From assembly GCA_964016885.1 (NCBI GenBank), contig OZ024746.1:51522001-51586000 (forward strand): a stretch of 64,000 nt of DNA. The letters run 5' to 3'. This stretch comes from Eledone cirrhosa (lineage: Eukaryota). A program made the position numbers and the translations under genes. Below, piece after piece: positions 14,078 through 29,622 of the stretch; positions within the stretch are counted from its first letter, which is position 1; each line of letters begins with the position of its first letter. Under the pieces are notes generated by a model. The model did no database searches and had not been told where the DNA came from. It saw only the letters and a program-made list of their open reading frames with translations.

Positions 14078-16206
14078 ATCCAGAAACAACATCTGAATAT
14101 TTCTACAAAGAACATACCCGTACCAAGCAGGAAATCATACCTAAAACTCCTGATACAGAAAACAGACGCGTTCATTAAAAGGTTGCGTTGGCGTGCCTTT
14201 TATTTCGATAATCCGCGAAAAGCAGACAACAAACAGGATAAATTTTGGTTTAAAACCTATAATAACCCCCCGTGTAACCCAGCATTGCTACCCTTCGAAA
14301 ATGATGTCTTGGAACTCATACGGAGTATCAAATTTCGGAATAGGAGCAATTCCTTCCAGCAGGATCTGAAGAATAGAATTCGTTCTATTAAGGATTCTAA
14401 TGCCGTGCACGTCCATTCCGACAAAACTGGCAACCTATATCAAGTGGAGCGCAGTACTTACCATCAACTACTACATAATGCTGTAACTAAGGATTACCGT
14501 AAAACTAATCGGTGCGTCATCAATTAAATCAACGATACTGGGTTTAAAATCACTTCTGATCTCAACATCCTGGACCGGACCGAACCTCTGGACCCTATTT
14601 CTCCCCACTTTACCCTGAAGGATCACAAATCCAATTTTCAGAACAACCCGTCTATTCGGCTTATTAACCCTACGGAGTCCGATTTAGGTAGACTTAGTAA
14701 AAGGGTTCTTGATAGAATTATACCTGAAATTAGAAGTTTGGGCCCTCTTGCACTGTGTAACAATTCTTTCGCGGTGATTGATTGGTTCAACGGCATATGC
14801 AACAAGGAACATTGCCGTTTTATCCAATTCGACATCAACAATTACTACTCCTCCATCACTTTACCACCTCTCCTTAGAGCTATCAATTTCGCTAAAACAC
14901 TCACAGTGGTTAAGGATTTCGAAGTTGATGTCATCCTCAATGCCCGTAAGTCGCTGATTAATTTCGACGACTCTATTTGGATTAAAAAATCCAATAGTAC
15001 CCCATTCGACGTGAGTATGGGCGCTAGCGATTCTGCAGAGGTTACTGATCTTATCGGCCTTTTCCTTCTTTTCTCTATCAAGGACGAATTCCCCAACGCG
15101 GGCGGTGGTTTGTACCGTGATGATGGTCTTTTGACCATGACTAAGTGCGGCCCTCGTGCTTGCGACAGGTTCAGAAAAGAACTCACAGCCTTCTTTAAAG
15201 GCTTCAACCTTTCTATACAGGTTGAGGCCAATCTCTCGGTCGTTAATTACCTCGACATTACCCTCAATTTATCGAATGGGTTGTATTACCCGTATAGAAA
15301 GCCGAATGATACGCTTAATTACATAAGTAAGCATTCCAACCATCCTGCCAGCATAACCAAGAACCTGGTAAGAAACGTTTCGTTGAGGCTTTCCCGTCTA
15401 TCTACTAACGAGCATATTTTCAACCACCATTCCACTTCTTACAATGAAGCTCTTGCTCGGAGTGGATTTGTCGATAAGGTAGCATATACAGAGTACGAAA
15501 ATAGACCTAGAAGTAATAGATCCCGTCGCATTTGTTGGTATAACCCACCATATAATATGGAGGTGGCCACACCATTAGCTAAGATCTTTCTTTCCCTTAT
15601 TACGAAGCATTTTCCCCCTACAAATAAATATAGTAAAATTTTTAATAGAAATACTATTAAAATTTCTTACTCTACGACTCCTAACCTTGCACATAACATC
15701 ACAGCTTCAAATTTAGCTAAACCACCTAACCGTAGGAACACGTGCAACCCTGTAGTTAGTACTAACTGTAATTGTAGGAATCGGGTTGATTGCCCCCTAT
15801 CCGGGAAATGCCTCTCTAGTAACATTGTCTACAAATGTAAGGTTGAAACACCCACGTCCTGTAGGGCCTACATAGGGTTAACCGCCAATAGATTAGAGCA
15901 GCGTCTTTACATGCATACCCATTCTTTCGTTACCCTCTTAGAAGGAATATGACGTCACTTTCAGCTTATATCTGGAGACTAAAAGACAACCACACCCAAT
16001 TTAAGTTACACTGGGAGATCCTAACTAGGGCTAGATCGTATAACGGAAATAAAAGACCATGTGACCTCTGCGCCGATGAGGCCCTGGAAATACTCTACGC
16101 CACAGACCACATCTTAAGCAAAAACTCTGAGGAAATTTCGGATTGTAAACATAAATTGCACAAACATTTCCTGTATTACAGCCCCACATTATACCCTAAC
16201 GGATAG
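14078..16206 (+). pseudogene. PLE reverse transcriptase + zinc-finger linker + GIY-YIG endonuclease, disrupted
   Basis: Motifs: N-terminal STKNIPVPS..FIKRLRWRAF; RT FIQFDINNYY, FDVSMGASDSAEV, GLYRDDGL; linker CNCR..CPLSGKC; IVY..YIG; CDLC..CKH. Lesions: probable ATG>ATC at 14078, TAA at 14525-14527, frameshift near 15928. Confidence 0.92.
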
Positions 16207-16784
16207 TACGATCTATACGTGGATTTTTTACGTCTTGATGTTTTGTTTATACCATTACTTATTTGCATAGGTAAGTATATATTACCTGTATGTTTTGTGA
16301 ATGTACGTATACTTTCTCATACGTATATTTGATTGATTATGTTGTGGCGTATATAATTTTTATATTTTCTGCTACATATGGTTTGGTTATGTGTATACGG
16401 GAGTTTTGCGTCTGCGTGTGTATGCAGGTTCGTACGTAGGTAGGGTGTGTGTATATGTGTACTTCATGTTTTGGCTGACTTACGTCTTCGAACATTTGTG
16501 TATTTACATGTAGGTATGTGGGTGCGCTTGTTATATACATATTTATTTATTTATATACGTTTATTTAATTATTTATTTGTATACACGCACACACACACAC
16601 ACACACACACATATTTATATGTGCGTGGTTTTGTATACCTATGGCAAGTGTTTTGCGTGTGCTTGTGTATGTACGTATTTGAATGTGTATGCATTTATTT
16701 AATTTCTATTACCCCTGAATTGTATTTATTTACTTTGTTCTTAACTCTGTAGCGGAGATTCATTCGGTCTCCTATTTAGAATTT

Positions 16785-17065
16785 TAGTCTACGACTTCAG
16801 CTATACCATTTACGTGGTTTTGTCTTTGCGTGCAATTGTTCTCCACGATCCACATATGACGTATTATCTTCGTTTTTTCCGTTCATTGCCAGAGAACGTC
16901 TATATGAACCACCTAAGAGAACATTAGTCTACGATTTCTTTTATACCATAAACGTGGTTCTGTCTTTGCGCGTAATTGTTTTTCACCGCTCCTATTAATG
17001 ACGTATTATATTCTTTTTTTTCCCGTTCTTTGCCAGGGAACGTTTCCACGAACCAAAGTATCGTC
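16785..17065 (+). repeat. ~140-bp tandem duplication in the PLE 3' UTR/pLTR
   Basis: TAGTCTACGA..ACGTGGTT..GTCTTTGCG..ATGACGTATTAT..TTGCCAG occurs twice. Confidence 0.75.
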
Positions 17066-17133
17066 TTCCTGTCTTCCTCCGGTTGCAACGTGTTTTGAAA
17101 TATCTACTTCTGCGTTTACAGATTGACTTTGTT

Positions 17134-17184
17134 AGTTTCAGAAGATCCCGTTAAGGGTGAAAGCAGCGATTCTTTGCTTAAACT
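17134..17184 (+). ncRNA. Variant type-I hammerhead in the PLE pLTR
   Basis: AGUUU CAGAAGA u-ccc-guuaa-ggg-u GAAA gca..ugc UU AAACU. All three stems pair, and the core has U4>A. Confidence 0.62.
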
Positions 17185-17298
17185 TTCATCTGTTATTTTA
17201 ATAAATATTTGCTCTACGGTTCTTATATATTTGATATGTATTTATCCTTATCGAGCCCTCTTTGGATTTTAGTCTTCAAATTTATTATTATTACTATG

Positions 17299-17332
<34 letters not shown>

Positions 17333-17927
17333 ATATAAAGATTTACATATACATAAAGTCAAAGATTTATATGTGGCAACCGGTCACGCTGTGCTCAATG
17401 AAGAATTAATAAATTAAATAATCAGAGCAATATATCATAAATCATGTCCTTAGAATTATTAGATAAAATATATACCATTTCCTCTCCCAATTAGCATAAT
17501 TAACCATATAAAAAATCAAATCAATTAGACCAGGCTATAAGAATAAAGGCTCCTATGAAGAAATATTTGATAAATAACCGAAAGCGGCCTCTTCGCGGTG
17601 ACCCCAATAGAGTATTTATCCAACATTTCAACAGCATGTAGAAACTGACTAAATATACCGTCAATATATATATATATATGTGCATATATGTATGTATGTA
17701 TATTTTTATATGTATATATATATGTGTGTGTGTATTTACCTTTCTCACTAGTCAGTTCCTTCGTTGCTACAGATCACGCGGCTGAATTAGCGGTCGCTAT
17801 TTTCAATTTGCAAAGCCCTTTAAACTGTATGGTATTACTTGAGGTCTACTCCTTGTCGAGTGCTTTGCTGCACTGCTGAAGGCATTCGTTGGCTTAGCTG
17901 CTGATCGAACTTCGAATATGCTGTACT

Positions 17928-17986
<59 letters not shown>

Positions 17987-18361
17987 TTTAGTACAGCATT
18001 GACGAAGCTTTAGAATAGGGCCAAGCTAGCGTATATGCATAATCGGTCTGTAGCTTGAGCACTCAGATGAGGAAAGACCCCAGAGTAATAACATTACGTT
18101 CAGACAGCTTAGCAAATCAAATATACCAGTCGGCAGTCCAGCCGCATCACTAGAGCAACGAAAATACAGGACCCAGGAAAAGATTTTATACTGGCCCGGA
18201 CACAGCGGTGAGGCTGAGTGCAAAATATATAACTTACATCGTATATCAACAATATACATTACATATAGCATCCAACATCAGCGCTAAGTTTCTGCAAATC
18301 CAAGATCGACAAATTCCTATTGCGGGAGTCTGCAATATAATGGTTTTTGACGACAGATATA

Positions 18362-19362
<1,001 letters not shown>

Positions 19363-19877
19363 TTTGCTGGCAAAAATGCGTTATACCTGTAGTTCGAATG
19401 ATCAGTTTTGTTATATTGTGCGCCACGCTGAATCTACCTGAGAATTGCATTAAGGGTACGCATTTCTGTGGAATGCTCTGCACGTTAATTTCACGAGGAG
19501 GCCGATCCAGTTGATCGGATCAACTGGAACATTCATCGTCTTAACTGACGGAGTACCTCAGTCAGTATATAGGATGTGTATAGAGGGTATGTGTGTAAAG
19601 AGTGTTATAATAGGGATATCTGTGTAGTAAAATAAAATCATACGGAAAAAGCCACGGAAAATAGTCAAATCTTTTAGTTGGGAATAATCCTACTTTTAGC
19701 TAGGAGACCCCCTTCCCCACAACTTTTCTCAAGGAGAAAGCTCCACTTTTGGTTAGAAAATCATGGGGGTTGACAGGAAAGTAAAAAGGCGTCTGTTTCT
19801 ACTTATCTGTCACAAGGGGTATTTTACCTGATTTATTCAAGTAATATTTATAGTTATCAACTATTATTATAGTTATT

Positions 19878-20070
19878 GGCGGTGGATTGGCAGTATCAGT
19901 AGAGGGTTGGACGCCATGCTTTGCAGAAAAGTGTTACGGCCCTTTATAATCTGAGTTCAAATCCCGCCAAGGTTAACTTTGCCATTCATCCTTACGGGGT
20001 CGATAAAATAAAGTACCAGTAATGCACTGGTATTTGCTGGCCTTGTGCCAAAAGTAGAAACAATTATTAT
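19878..20070 (+). mobile_element. tRNA-derived SINE (octopus-type), full length
   Basis: GGCGGTGGATTGGCAGTATC head, B-box, conserved body and ATT tail. Confidence 0.9.
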
Positions 20071-20694
20071 AGTTATTGGCATCGTGGTGACAATATTTCT
20101 AAATCTAGAACTTAATTGTTTTCAGTGTTTTTCTCATATCTGTAACTGACCACTGTTTCAAATATATAGCCCTTGTTATGATATCTAAACTATAATAAAG
20201 TAAGAGGGCGGGGACTGCGTACAGTTTATAATTTTTTATCCCATTAGTAAAATAAGTTGGATTACTTTGAATAAATAATCAATGAATATTACCTAATTTA
20301 TCTACTAAATTTCGTGGCTGTTGATTAAATATATTTTGTTAATTTAAAGCATTTGTGTATATAGGTATCTATGAAAGAACTTTTCAAATATCTCGTTCCA
20401 TTTTCCAATACAGTAGGAGTTTGATTTGTGGGAGATTTGGGTGATATTTCTAGCAGCTCAAAATGACCATGCAGAAGCCTTATTGAGAAGACTCAGGAGT
20501 TCTGTTATTCGTTCGTACTTCTATTTTTTTTTAAATATTTTTAAAGGTTTTCCCTTAAAAAATTGTTTTTCGTTTTGCCTTGTTTTTCGTTTGTTGTTTT
20601 GTCTTCATTTTGTTAATTTTCCGAAGTTTATTATTACTAATCTGTGACTTACATATTTTCTCTTCTCTCCCCAATAATCTCTCCCTCCCCTCTT

Positions 20695-20771
<77 letters not shown>

Positions 20772-20920
20772 TTTAGTAAACGTTTGGTAGAAATATCCGA
20801 GGGTAAGAGCACTCTGTCCGTAGGACGAGTTTAGTATTAATAATTACACCAGTGACATATAAATATATACATATATATATATATTATGTGTGTGTGTGTG
20901 TTTGTGTGCATATGTATATA

Positions 20921-20974
<54 letters not shown>

Positions 20975-21069
20975 TCTACCGATTAAAACTTGATATGGAT
21001 TGAATACTAATTTAATATGGGTTTCTATTTTACTCGTACACCAGGAAATTCCTTTATATATATGCATAC

Positions 21070-21149
<80 letters not shown>

Positions 21150-21988
21150 ACATGTACACATATATATAGACATACACACACACACACATATATATATATA
21201 AATATTATAATGTGTGTATAATGCGTGTAGGAGGGCAGAGGTTAAACGAGGGGTAGCCGATGGGGTTTTCATCTGATACACCTAACAAAATATTGTGTAT
21301 CAAACTTCCTCTCCTCTTTATCGGATTAAGCTAATCTACTCAAGTATTTTCAACCCTACGCCTTTTCCCTGATTGTCCCCCTCTCCCTCCCCCTCTCTCT
21401 TACCCCTCTCTCACCCCTCGGCCTCTCTCCCTCTTTCTCTGCCTCTCAGTTGTTTCCAGTCAGGCATGACCAGCTTCGCTACCACCTGTGTACAGTCTTA
21501 TAACTTAGTGCGGTTTAGGGTGTATGTGTGAGAGTGTGTAGGGGTGGTACACAGGTGACATGACTGCCACCCTGCAGGGGTGCCCGACACTTATCATTGA
21601 TATATCTTCCTATGTATATATATATATATATATATATATAAACATATATATATATATGTATAATGCATGTACATATATATTGCATATATATATATAAAAG
21701 TGTGTGTGTAGGTATGTATATATATATATATGTGTGTGTGTGTATGTATGTACATGTATGTGTGTGTGTGTTTGTATGTATATATATATATATATGCGTG
21801 TGCGTGTGTGTACCGGATCAGCCAACTATTCAAGGATACACTTCAGGAAGATCAGCTGCTACAAACTTAATTACAGACCAACTTCCAGTCATAAAACTAT
21901 AACAAAGCTGAAAGAAAATAAATTCATGTGGTATTCCTGCAAGCTGGCAGTCCAAGGACTAAAACTATTAAAACGATAAATGAATGGT

Positions 21989-22052
<64 letters not shown>

Positions 22053-22102
22053 GATGAATTAGTTTTCCGAGGTTTTTTATATGAAATCGTGTGTCGAAAC
22101 AG

Positions 22103-23237
22103 ATATTGTTATATTTGGGGAGGGTCATATTTGCGTAATATTGCCAGAATTAATAACAGAACACACTCACTGTTTGGTTGGTTTTCGCTTCTCGCTGTCT
22201 TTTATATATATATATCTGCGATCTAACTTACTCGGTCCTCAATGTTGCCATTGACTGACCGGCGGTCAAAAATAATACAGATACAATATAGACACAAACA
22301 CATATATATAGTTTACATAATTTACATAAATCTTTCGTTGCACATCTGCAACATCGTCAGTGGTGTTATATTCATTGTTCCTCCTGTTGTGTTGTATGTC
22401 TACGCCATTTTTTTTGTTCAGTCTGTCTATATATTTATTTATTTATTTGCTTGTTTGTTTATCTTATTTTATTTTGTCTTCTTTGCGCATGCGCTTGCGT
22501 GTGTGTATAGTGTGATGTGTGACTAGTGTGTATAGTGTTGTGTCTGCTGGGTGACTAGTGTGTGTTTATGTGCTTGTGTATGTATTTATTTATCTTATTT
22601 TATTTTATTTTATTTACTTATTTATACTTCTCTTAGGTCAGTGTTGTTTGTTTGGAGAAAGAATGAGTGGAACAACAACAACACCCAAACAAACAACACT
22701 GACCTAAGAGAAGTATAAATAAGTAAATAAAATAAAATAAAATAAGATAAATAAATACATACACAAGCACATAAACACACACTAGTCACCCAGCAGACAC
22801 AACACTATACACACTAGTCACACATCACACTATACACACACGCAAACGCATGCGCAAAGAAGACAAAATAAAATAAGATAAACAAACAAGCAAATAAATA
22901 AATAAATATATAGACGGACTGAACAAAAAAAAATGGCGTAGACATACAACACAACAGGAGGAACAATGAATATAACACCACTGACGATGTTGCAGATGTG
23001 CAACGAAAGATTTATGTAAATTATGTAAACTATATATATGTGTTTGTGTCTATATTGTATCTGTATTATTTTTGACCGCCGGTCAGTCAATGGCAACATT
23101 GAGGACCGAGTAAGTTAGATCGCAGATATATATATATAAAAGACAGCGAGAAGCGAAAACCAACCAAACAGTGAGTGTGTTCTGTTATTAATTCTGGCAA
23201 TATTACGCAAATATGACCCTCCCCAAATATAACAATA
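22103..23237. mobile_element. Family G long palindrome (two ~550-bp arms, ~30-bp spacer)
   Basis: 22103-22654 is the reverse complement of 22685-23237 with few differences. An HHR-like CUGACGA..GAAA lies at 22981-23008 and is mirrored at 22333-22360. Confidence 0.9.
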
Positions 23238-23695
23238 TATATATATGTATATATATATATGTATATATATATATATGTATATATATATATGTATATATAT
23301 GTATGTATATATATGTATGTGTATATATATATATGTATATGTATGTATATATATATGTGTATATATGTATGTATATATATGTATGTAGATATATGTATGT
23401 ATATATATGTAAGTATATATATATATGTATATATATGTATATATATATATGTAAGTATATATATGTATATATATGTAAGTATATATATGTATATATATGT
23501 ATATATATATATGTAAGTATATATATATATATGTATATATATGTATATATATATGTATATATATATATGTATATATATGTATATATATATGTATATATAT
23601 ATATGTATGTATATATATATATATGTATATATATGTATATATATGTATATATATGTATATATATGTATATATGTATATATATGTATATATATATG

Positions 23696-23802
<107 letters not shown>

Positions 23803-23860
23803 ATATATATATATATATGTATATATGTATATAATATATATATATGTATATATATATATG

Positions 23861-24065
<205 letters not shown>

Positions 24066-24075
24066 GAAAAGATTC

Positions 24076-24107
<32 letters not shown>

Positions 24108-24116
24108 GAAAAGATT

Positions 24117-24153
<37 letters not shown>

Positions 24154-24158
24154 AGATT

Positions 24159-24195
<37 letters not shown>

Positions 24196-24210
24196 AGATT
24201 CATATATATA

Positions 24211-24246
<36 letters not shown>

Positions 24247-24274
24247 ATTCATATATATATATATTCATATATAT

Positions 24275-24445
24275 TTAATACAATAACAGAGATAGCTTAA
24301 AGCTAAACTCTGACTGGTCACCATCTCACTCAACAAACATTAGGTTATATGTTAGTATAGACCCAATTTAAGTGTTTGGGGTGCTAACTATATGTATTAT
24401 GTGGAAAGCCAGTTGTATTATTTTATGAGATATAATTAAAGTTAA
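24275..24445 (+). mobile_element. Family I TA-embedded element
   Basis: Its reverse-complement homologue is at 56688-56856. Confidence 0.7.
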
Positions 24446-24460
24446 AAAAAATATATATAT

Positions 24461-24622
24461 ATGAAAAGAGCTAGACCCGAACTGTTCGGATCTAACTGTC
24501 GAAACGGCCGGAGCTCAGCCGTCGAGGTCCTGAATCTTTTCATATTACCCACTCCCTTAACCCAAATATCGGATACTCTGGTGGGTTATGGTCCCCCTGG
24601 TGTTTTACCCACTCTATCTGAT
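24461..24622 (+). mobile_element. Family E-related element
   Basis: GTCGAAACGGCCGGAGCTCAGCCGTCGAGGTC plus a diverged body. Confidence 0.7.
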
Positions 24623-25340
24623 ATATATATATATACGTGCGATATGAATGGGCTTGATAGTGAGTACTCAATACCGATTAGAGTAACTCGACTCATCACT
24701 TTGTCATAATAAACAATATATATATATGTGCGTATGTGTGTGTGTGTGTGTATATATATATATACACATATAATATATATATAAATATATGAGGCTGTGT
24801 GTCGTTGAGGAAATCAGCTAAATTACACAGACATTTCATGAACGCAGGCAGAGTTTCCCTTTACAAACATGAACGCCCCGGATTCTACATAGCTCACTGT
24901 GTGGATTCTTGAGTGAATGTCGGAAATATCTATAAGACTGTATGTTGATATTATTGTTGATATAGTGTAGCCCTATGCTACGGTGATTGAGATAAAATGT
25001 CACACACAGGTAATCGGATAAACGTCTGTGTTGGAGGGTGACCCACACCTTTATTGACCCAAATATACTATGTCTCTGACCGAACCCGAGAACCACACTG
25101 CACACTTAGATATGCAGGTGTGAATAGTATCGAGTACAGTGTTGCAGGCTGGAGATGAATGTATGTATACTGTCCACTGTTCGGCCTATTTAATTGTAGT
25201 TGTTATTGTTGTTGTGTAACCCCAGGCCAGTCTCGGTTCAGTAGCTGATCTATGTCATGCAGTTTACTCGCCAGAATAAATTGTGATTTCATAACAAATT
25301 TAACAAGGAGGCCTTTACTTCAGTCACTGGATCTGCGAGA

Positions 25341-25489
25341 AATAATGGTTTCTGATTTAGGAACAAGGCCAGACATTTTGGAGGAGGGAAAAGTCGATTA
25401 AATCGACCCCAGTGCGTAACTGGTACTTTATTTTATCGACCCCGTAAGGATGAAAGGCAACGTTAACCTCGGTGGGATTTGAACTCTAG
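25341..25489 (-). mobile_element. tRNA-derived SINE, 5'-truncated
   Basis: Reverse complement of the SINE body. Confidence 0.85.
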
Positions 25490-25554
25490 AAATAATGATC
25501 AAATATCTCTACAATGATACTCTACTGAAGATCACATTACCAGATCCATTAGAC

Positions 25555-25726
25555 CAGGGTTTCCCAAACGTTTCCAAACGCGGAACCCTTTTTAGTTCAA
25601 AAACGTTTCTGGGGAACCCCAAAGCCTAATACTGTTATATGGTCGTAATATAAATATATTCCTCTACGTCTTTTTTTTCACGGAACCCCAGACACTCCTT
25701 TGCGGAACCCACTTTGGGAACCACTG
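25555..25726. mobile_element. hAT (Charlie/MER5-like) MITE
   Basis: TIRs are CAGGGTTTCCCAAA / TTTGGGAACCACTG, with internal GCGGAACCC repeats and a degenerate TSD CATTAGAC / CCCTAGAG. Confidence 0.75.
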
Positions 25727-25980
25727 CCCTAGAGAAACTGAACCCGGCTGGGGTGCCTTTAATAATGCATATGCATATTCAGACTAGGCCCGGGACTAAA
25801 CAACATTAACTAGTTTGATATTTACTTTTTATACAAATTGCGCGTCTACGAGAAATCAACTTGATAATCGCTTGAATTACTAAAAATACCAAGCATTCTC
25901 CTCCAACTTACCATCTACCTTATAAAAGATAGGTAGGACACATGAAATAATGTTGTTCTAGATACACTATGTTTGAATAT

Positions 25981-26317
25981 TGGATTGGCAATATCGGTAG
26001 AGGGTCGGACGCCATACTTTCCATCATAGTTACGTCCCTTTACGGTCTGAGTTCAAATCCCGCCAAGGTTAACTTTGCCTTTCATCCTTACGGGGTCGAT
26101 AAAATAAAGTACCAGTAATGCACTGGGTAATTGCTGGCCTTGTGCCAAAAGTAGAAACAATTATTATTATTCACTTACGGTCCTTTACGGTCGGAGTTCA
26201 AATCCAGCCGAGGTTAACTTTGTCTTTCATCCTTACGGGGTCGATAAAATAAAGTACCAGTAATGCATTGAGGAAATTGCTGGCCTTGTACCAAAAGTAG
26301 AAACAATTATTATTATT
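25981..26317 (+). mobile_element. Two tandem tRNA-derived SINE copies
   Basis: Copies at 25981-26170 and 26175-26317. Confidence 0.9.
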
Positions 26318-26431
26318 CAGTTAATATTTTTTACTAACATGGTTCGTCTGATAACCGTAATTAGTGCGTGCGTTTCCTTATCATCGAAGAAGATTATTCC
26401 AGTACTTGCCACTTGAAGAGTGCAGTCTATC

Positions 26432-26770
26432 GGGTCATTTAGACTCTAATGTGTGGTTTACCTGGTCATTTACACTTTAGATTGAGGTTTAGCTTGAGGC
26501 CTACCTGGTCATTTACACTTTAGTGTGCGGTTTACTTGGTTATTTACACATTAACTTGAGGTCTACCTGGTCATTTACAGTTTAGTGTGTGGTTTACCTG
26601 GTCATTTACACATTAACTTGAGGTCTACCTGGTCATTTACAGTTTAGTGTGTGGTTTACCTGGTCATTTACACATTAACTTGAGGTCTACCTGGTCATTT
26701 ACAGTTTAGTGTGTGGTTTACCTGGTCATTTACACATTAGCTTGAGGTCTACCTGGTCATTTACAGTTCA
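26432..26770. repeat. 62-bp minisatellite built from two 31-bp subunits
   Basis: ACCTGGTCATTTACA recurs every 31 bp with alternating GTTTAGTGTGTGGTTT / CATTAACTTGAGGTCT spacers. Confidence 0.9.
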
Positions 26771-27109
26771 GAACTCAATCTACTTGCCTATTTGCAGTTC
26801 AGTGTGCAGTCTACCACAGCTATATATCAAACCAGAAATCTAATCAAGAAGATAGACCAGATCATAACAAATTGTCGATTACGATTTCACGAACAGGCCG
26901 TTCCGTTGGTCAAACAAGTTCAGCACTTATCGTTGCAATCGACGAAGGTCCAACGCACGCATAGTGTAAGTGACAGTATATTCCTTAGACATATGCGTGT
27001 CTGTGTCAATAATGCAATTCCCAAACTGAATCAGTATGATACAATATGTGATAAGACTGGACATTTGAATTTGAGTTACACTCCATTCTATGTACTTTCA
27101 TACAGTTTC

Positions 27110-27250
27110 CATCTCTGGTGTCCTTGGCCCTAGGACCACCTCCCTATTTACTACCAACGACACGGAATTGGCTACCCGCAGGTGTGAGCCTCGCGAGCTG
27201 GAATGGCTCTTCCCACACGTCTCTCTCACCATCCTTGTAGCCATGCTTGT
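27110..27250 (-). repeat. GC-rich dispersed repeat P
   Basis: The reverse complement matches 63595-63710 (AGCCATTCCA.CTCGCGAGGCTCACACCTGC..CCTAGGGCC.AGGACACCAGA). Confidence 0.75.
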
Positions 27251-27484
27251 GGTCATTAAGCATAATTGCTAAACGAATCTTCTTGTTTTTATTCTATTAT
27301 TGGTTTCAGTCATTATACTGCGGTCTTGTAGGGGTACCGGCTGGAAGAAATTTAGTCGATCAAAGCAAACCCAATATTAATTTTTTTTTCAAGTCTGGTA
27401 CTTATTATATCAATCCGATTTTATCGAACCGCTAGGATACAACATATGAGCAAAGAATAACCGCCAACACAAACACACACGCAC

Positions 27485-27529
<45 letters not shown>

Positions 27530-27596
27530 GACTCTGAATCCTTAAATGAATATATCCATCGAGAGAGTAAGATAAGAAGAGCGAGAAAGAAAGTAA

Positions 27597-27692
<96 letters not shown>

Positions 27693-27989
27693 TTCACTCA
27701 ACATGCATTCCTGAATTTCATTCAAAATGCATTGCTCAAGTAGAAGAATATATATATATTTTTTAATGAAATCAGAATATATTTTCATTAATATTGTGGT
27801 GAAGCATGCTCTACAACTAACTGACTTGGTGCCATCTGCGAAGAAATATGTAAAAAAAAGACATGTTTACATTTGATAATGCTTTTATTTACATATTTAC
27901 GCAGCTTCGGTTAAATCTTGGACTGTTTTTCGATAGATATGTATTTATAATACATAAGTACACACACACACACACATATATATATATGC

Positions 27990-28096
<107 letters not shown>

Positions 28097-28226
28097 TATA
28101 TACATATATATACATATATATATATACATATATATATGTATATATATATACATATATATATATACATATATATATGTATATATATATACATATATATATA
28201 TACACACACACATATATATATATATG

Positions 28227-28258
<32 letters not shown>

Positions 28259-28418
28259 TACATACATATATATATATATATTCATAAACATATATATATA
28301 TATATATACGTACATTTGCATACGTATCGGTACATATTCGCATAATTAGACACAGACACACGCCCCATGCACACCTAGATATATACACACATATATGTGT
28401 GCGTACACACAGACACAC

Positions 28419-28449
<31 letters not shown>

Positions 28450-28686
28450 CACAACTTACATACATAAGTACATATGATTGAGGTCACATAGGTTGGGGTC
28501 AAGTAAGTGCCAGGCAAATGTATCGTTAATAGCAGGAATGTCTGCTAGAAATGTTGGTAAAGATGTCTGGTAATGGTGTGGAATGGGTCTATAGATTGTT
28601 GTGGGGCTGGTTACTTGCACATCACTACACCGCTTACTCTGGTGTAACACCATCATTTCATCTTCCCGCCTACAAGCCTATATATA

Positions 28687-28731
<45 letters not shown>

Positions 28732-28812
28732 GAGGCGTACACGTATGTATACGCAACACATTATGTAGCAATAGGCTTATGTAGTTATACATAGATATGT
28801 ATGTATGTAGGC

Positions 28813-28847
<35 letters not shown>

Positions 28848-28920
28848 CAAAAATAAATGGAGAAGGCAATACATTCAAAATGAAAATTTACTCCTTACAC
28901 AGTGTTCACTCTTGTCTCTT

Positions 28921-28979
<59 letters not shown>

Positions 28980-29400
28980 GCATATACATATACATACATA
29001 AACATGCGCACACATGTATATATCTATACACATAAATACATAGATACGCGCACAAACATATATATTTGCGTGTGCAAAACCGTCGACATGTTTTTAGCTT
29101 TGCATTTTGCTCTCATAATTTACTGTTGTTTTGATCACATGATAGTAGATAGTAGCCTATGAGTGTGTAAGTGTATATACACACGTGTGTGTGTTGGATG
29201 TTGGAGGAGGCCGGGGTAGGTTTGAAATGTAATAACAATATTTATTAAAAGGTGACTTGCAGTTTAAATAAACATACCAAAACTACTATCTACAAATCAT
29301 ACACACACTTACAGACACCTATATATATATATATATATATATAGGTTTGTGTGTGTGATTTATTTATATATATATATATATAAATATATATTATATATAC

Positions 29401-29432
<32 letters not shown>

Positions 29433-29572
29433 TGGCGAACGCAGAAATGAGTAGTCAGTGCCAGTGAAGAGAGTAATGCCCTGTTACTCCTTAGCTTCCT
29501 TGAGTTCTACAGGCCACTCACCATTAGGCGTATACTTTGAGGGCACACACACACACATGTGAATGTATGTGA

Positions 29573-29622
<50 letters not shown>

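Larger units (their letters stand above)
13562..17297 (+). mobile_element. Penelope-like retroelement (Naiad-like), near full length, inserted in (TA)n
   Basis: It contains an RT plus GIY-YIG ORF. 13562-13925 is an inverted copy of ~16843-17207, and 13929-14037 is a direct copy of 17190-17297 (pseudo-LTR). Both flanks are TA repeats. Confidence 0.93.

Noticed and set aside
14078-16206. Selenocysteine-recoded Naiad ORF
   Set aside because: The internal stop is TAA rather than TGA, and the zinc-finger positions are ordinary Cys codons.
22242-23099. Pair of mirrored 89-94 aa hydrophobic ORFs
   Set aside because: They are by-products of the palindrome in T-rich sequence, with no recognisable domain.
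26432-26770. CRISPR-like array
   Set aside because: The intervening sequences alternate between two fixed types rather than being unique spacers.
27090-27272. Candidate exon / 60-aa ORF
   Set aside because: The sequence is a copy of dispersed repeat P.
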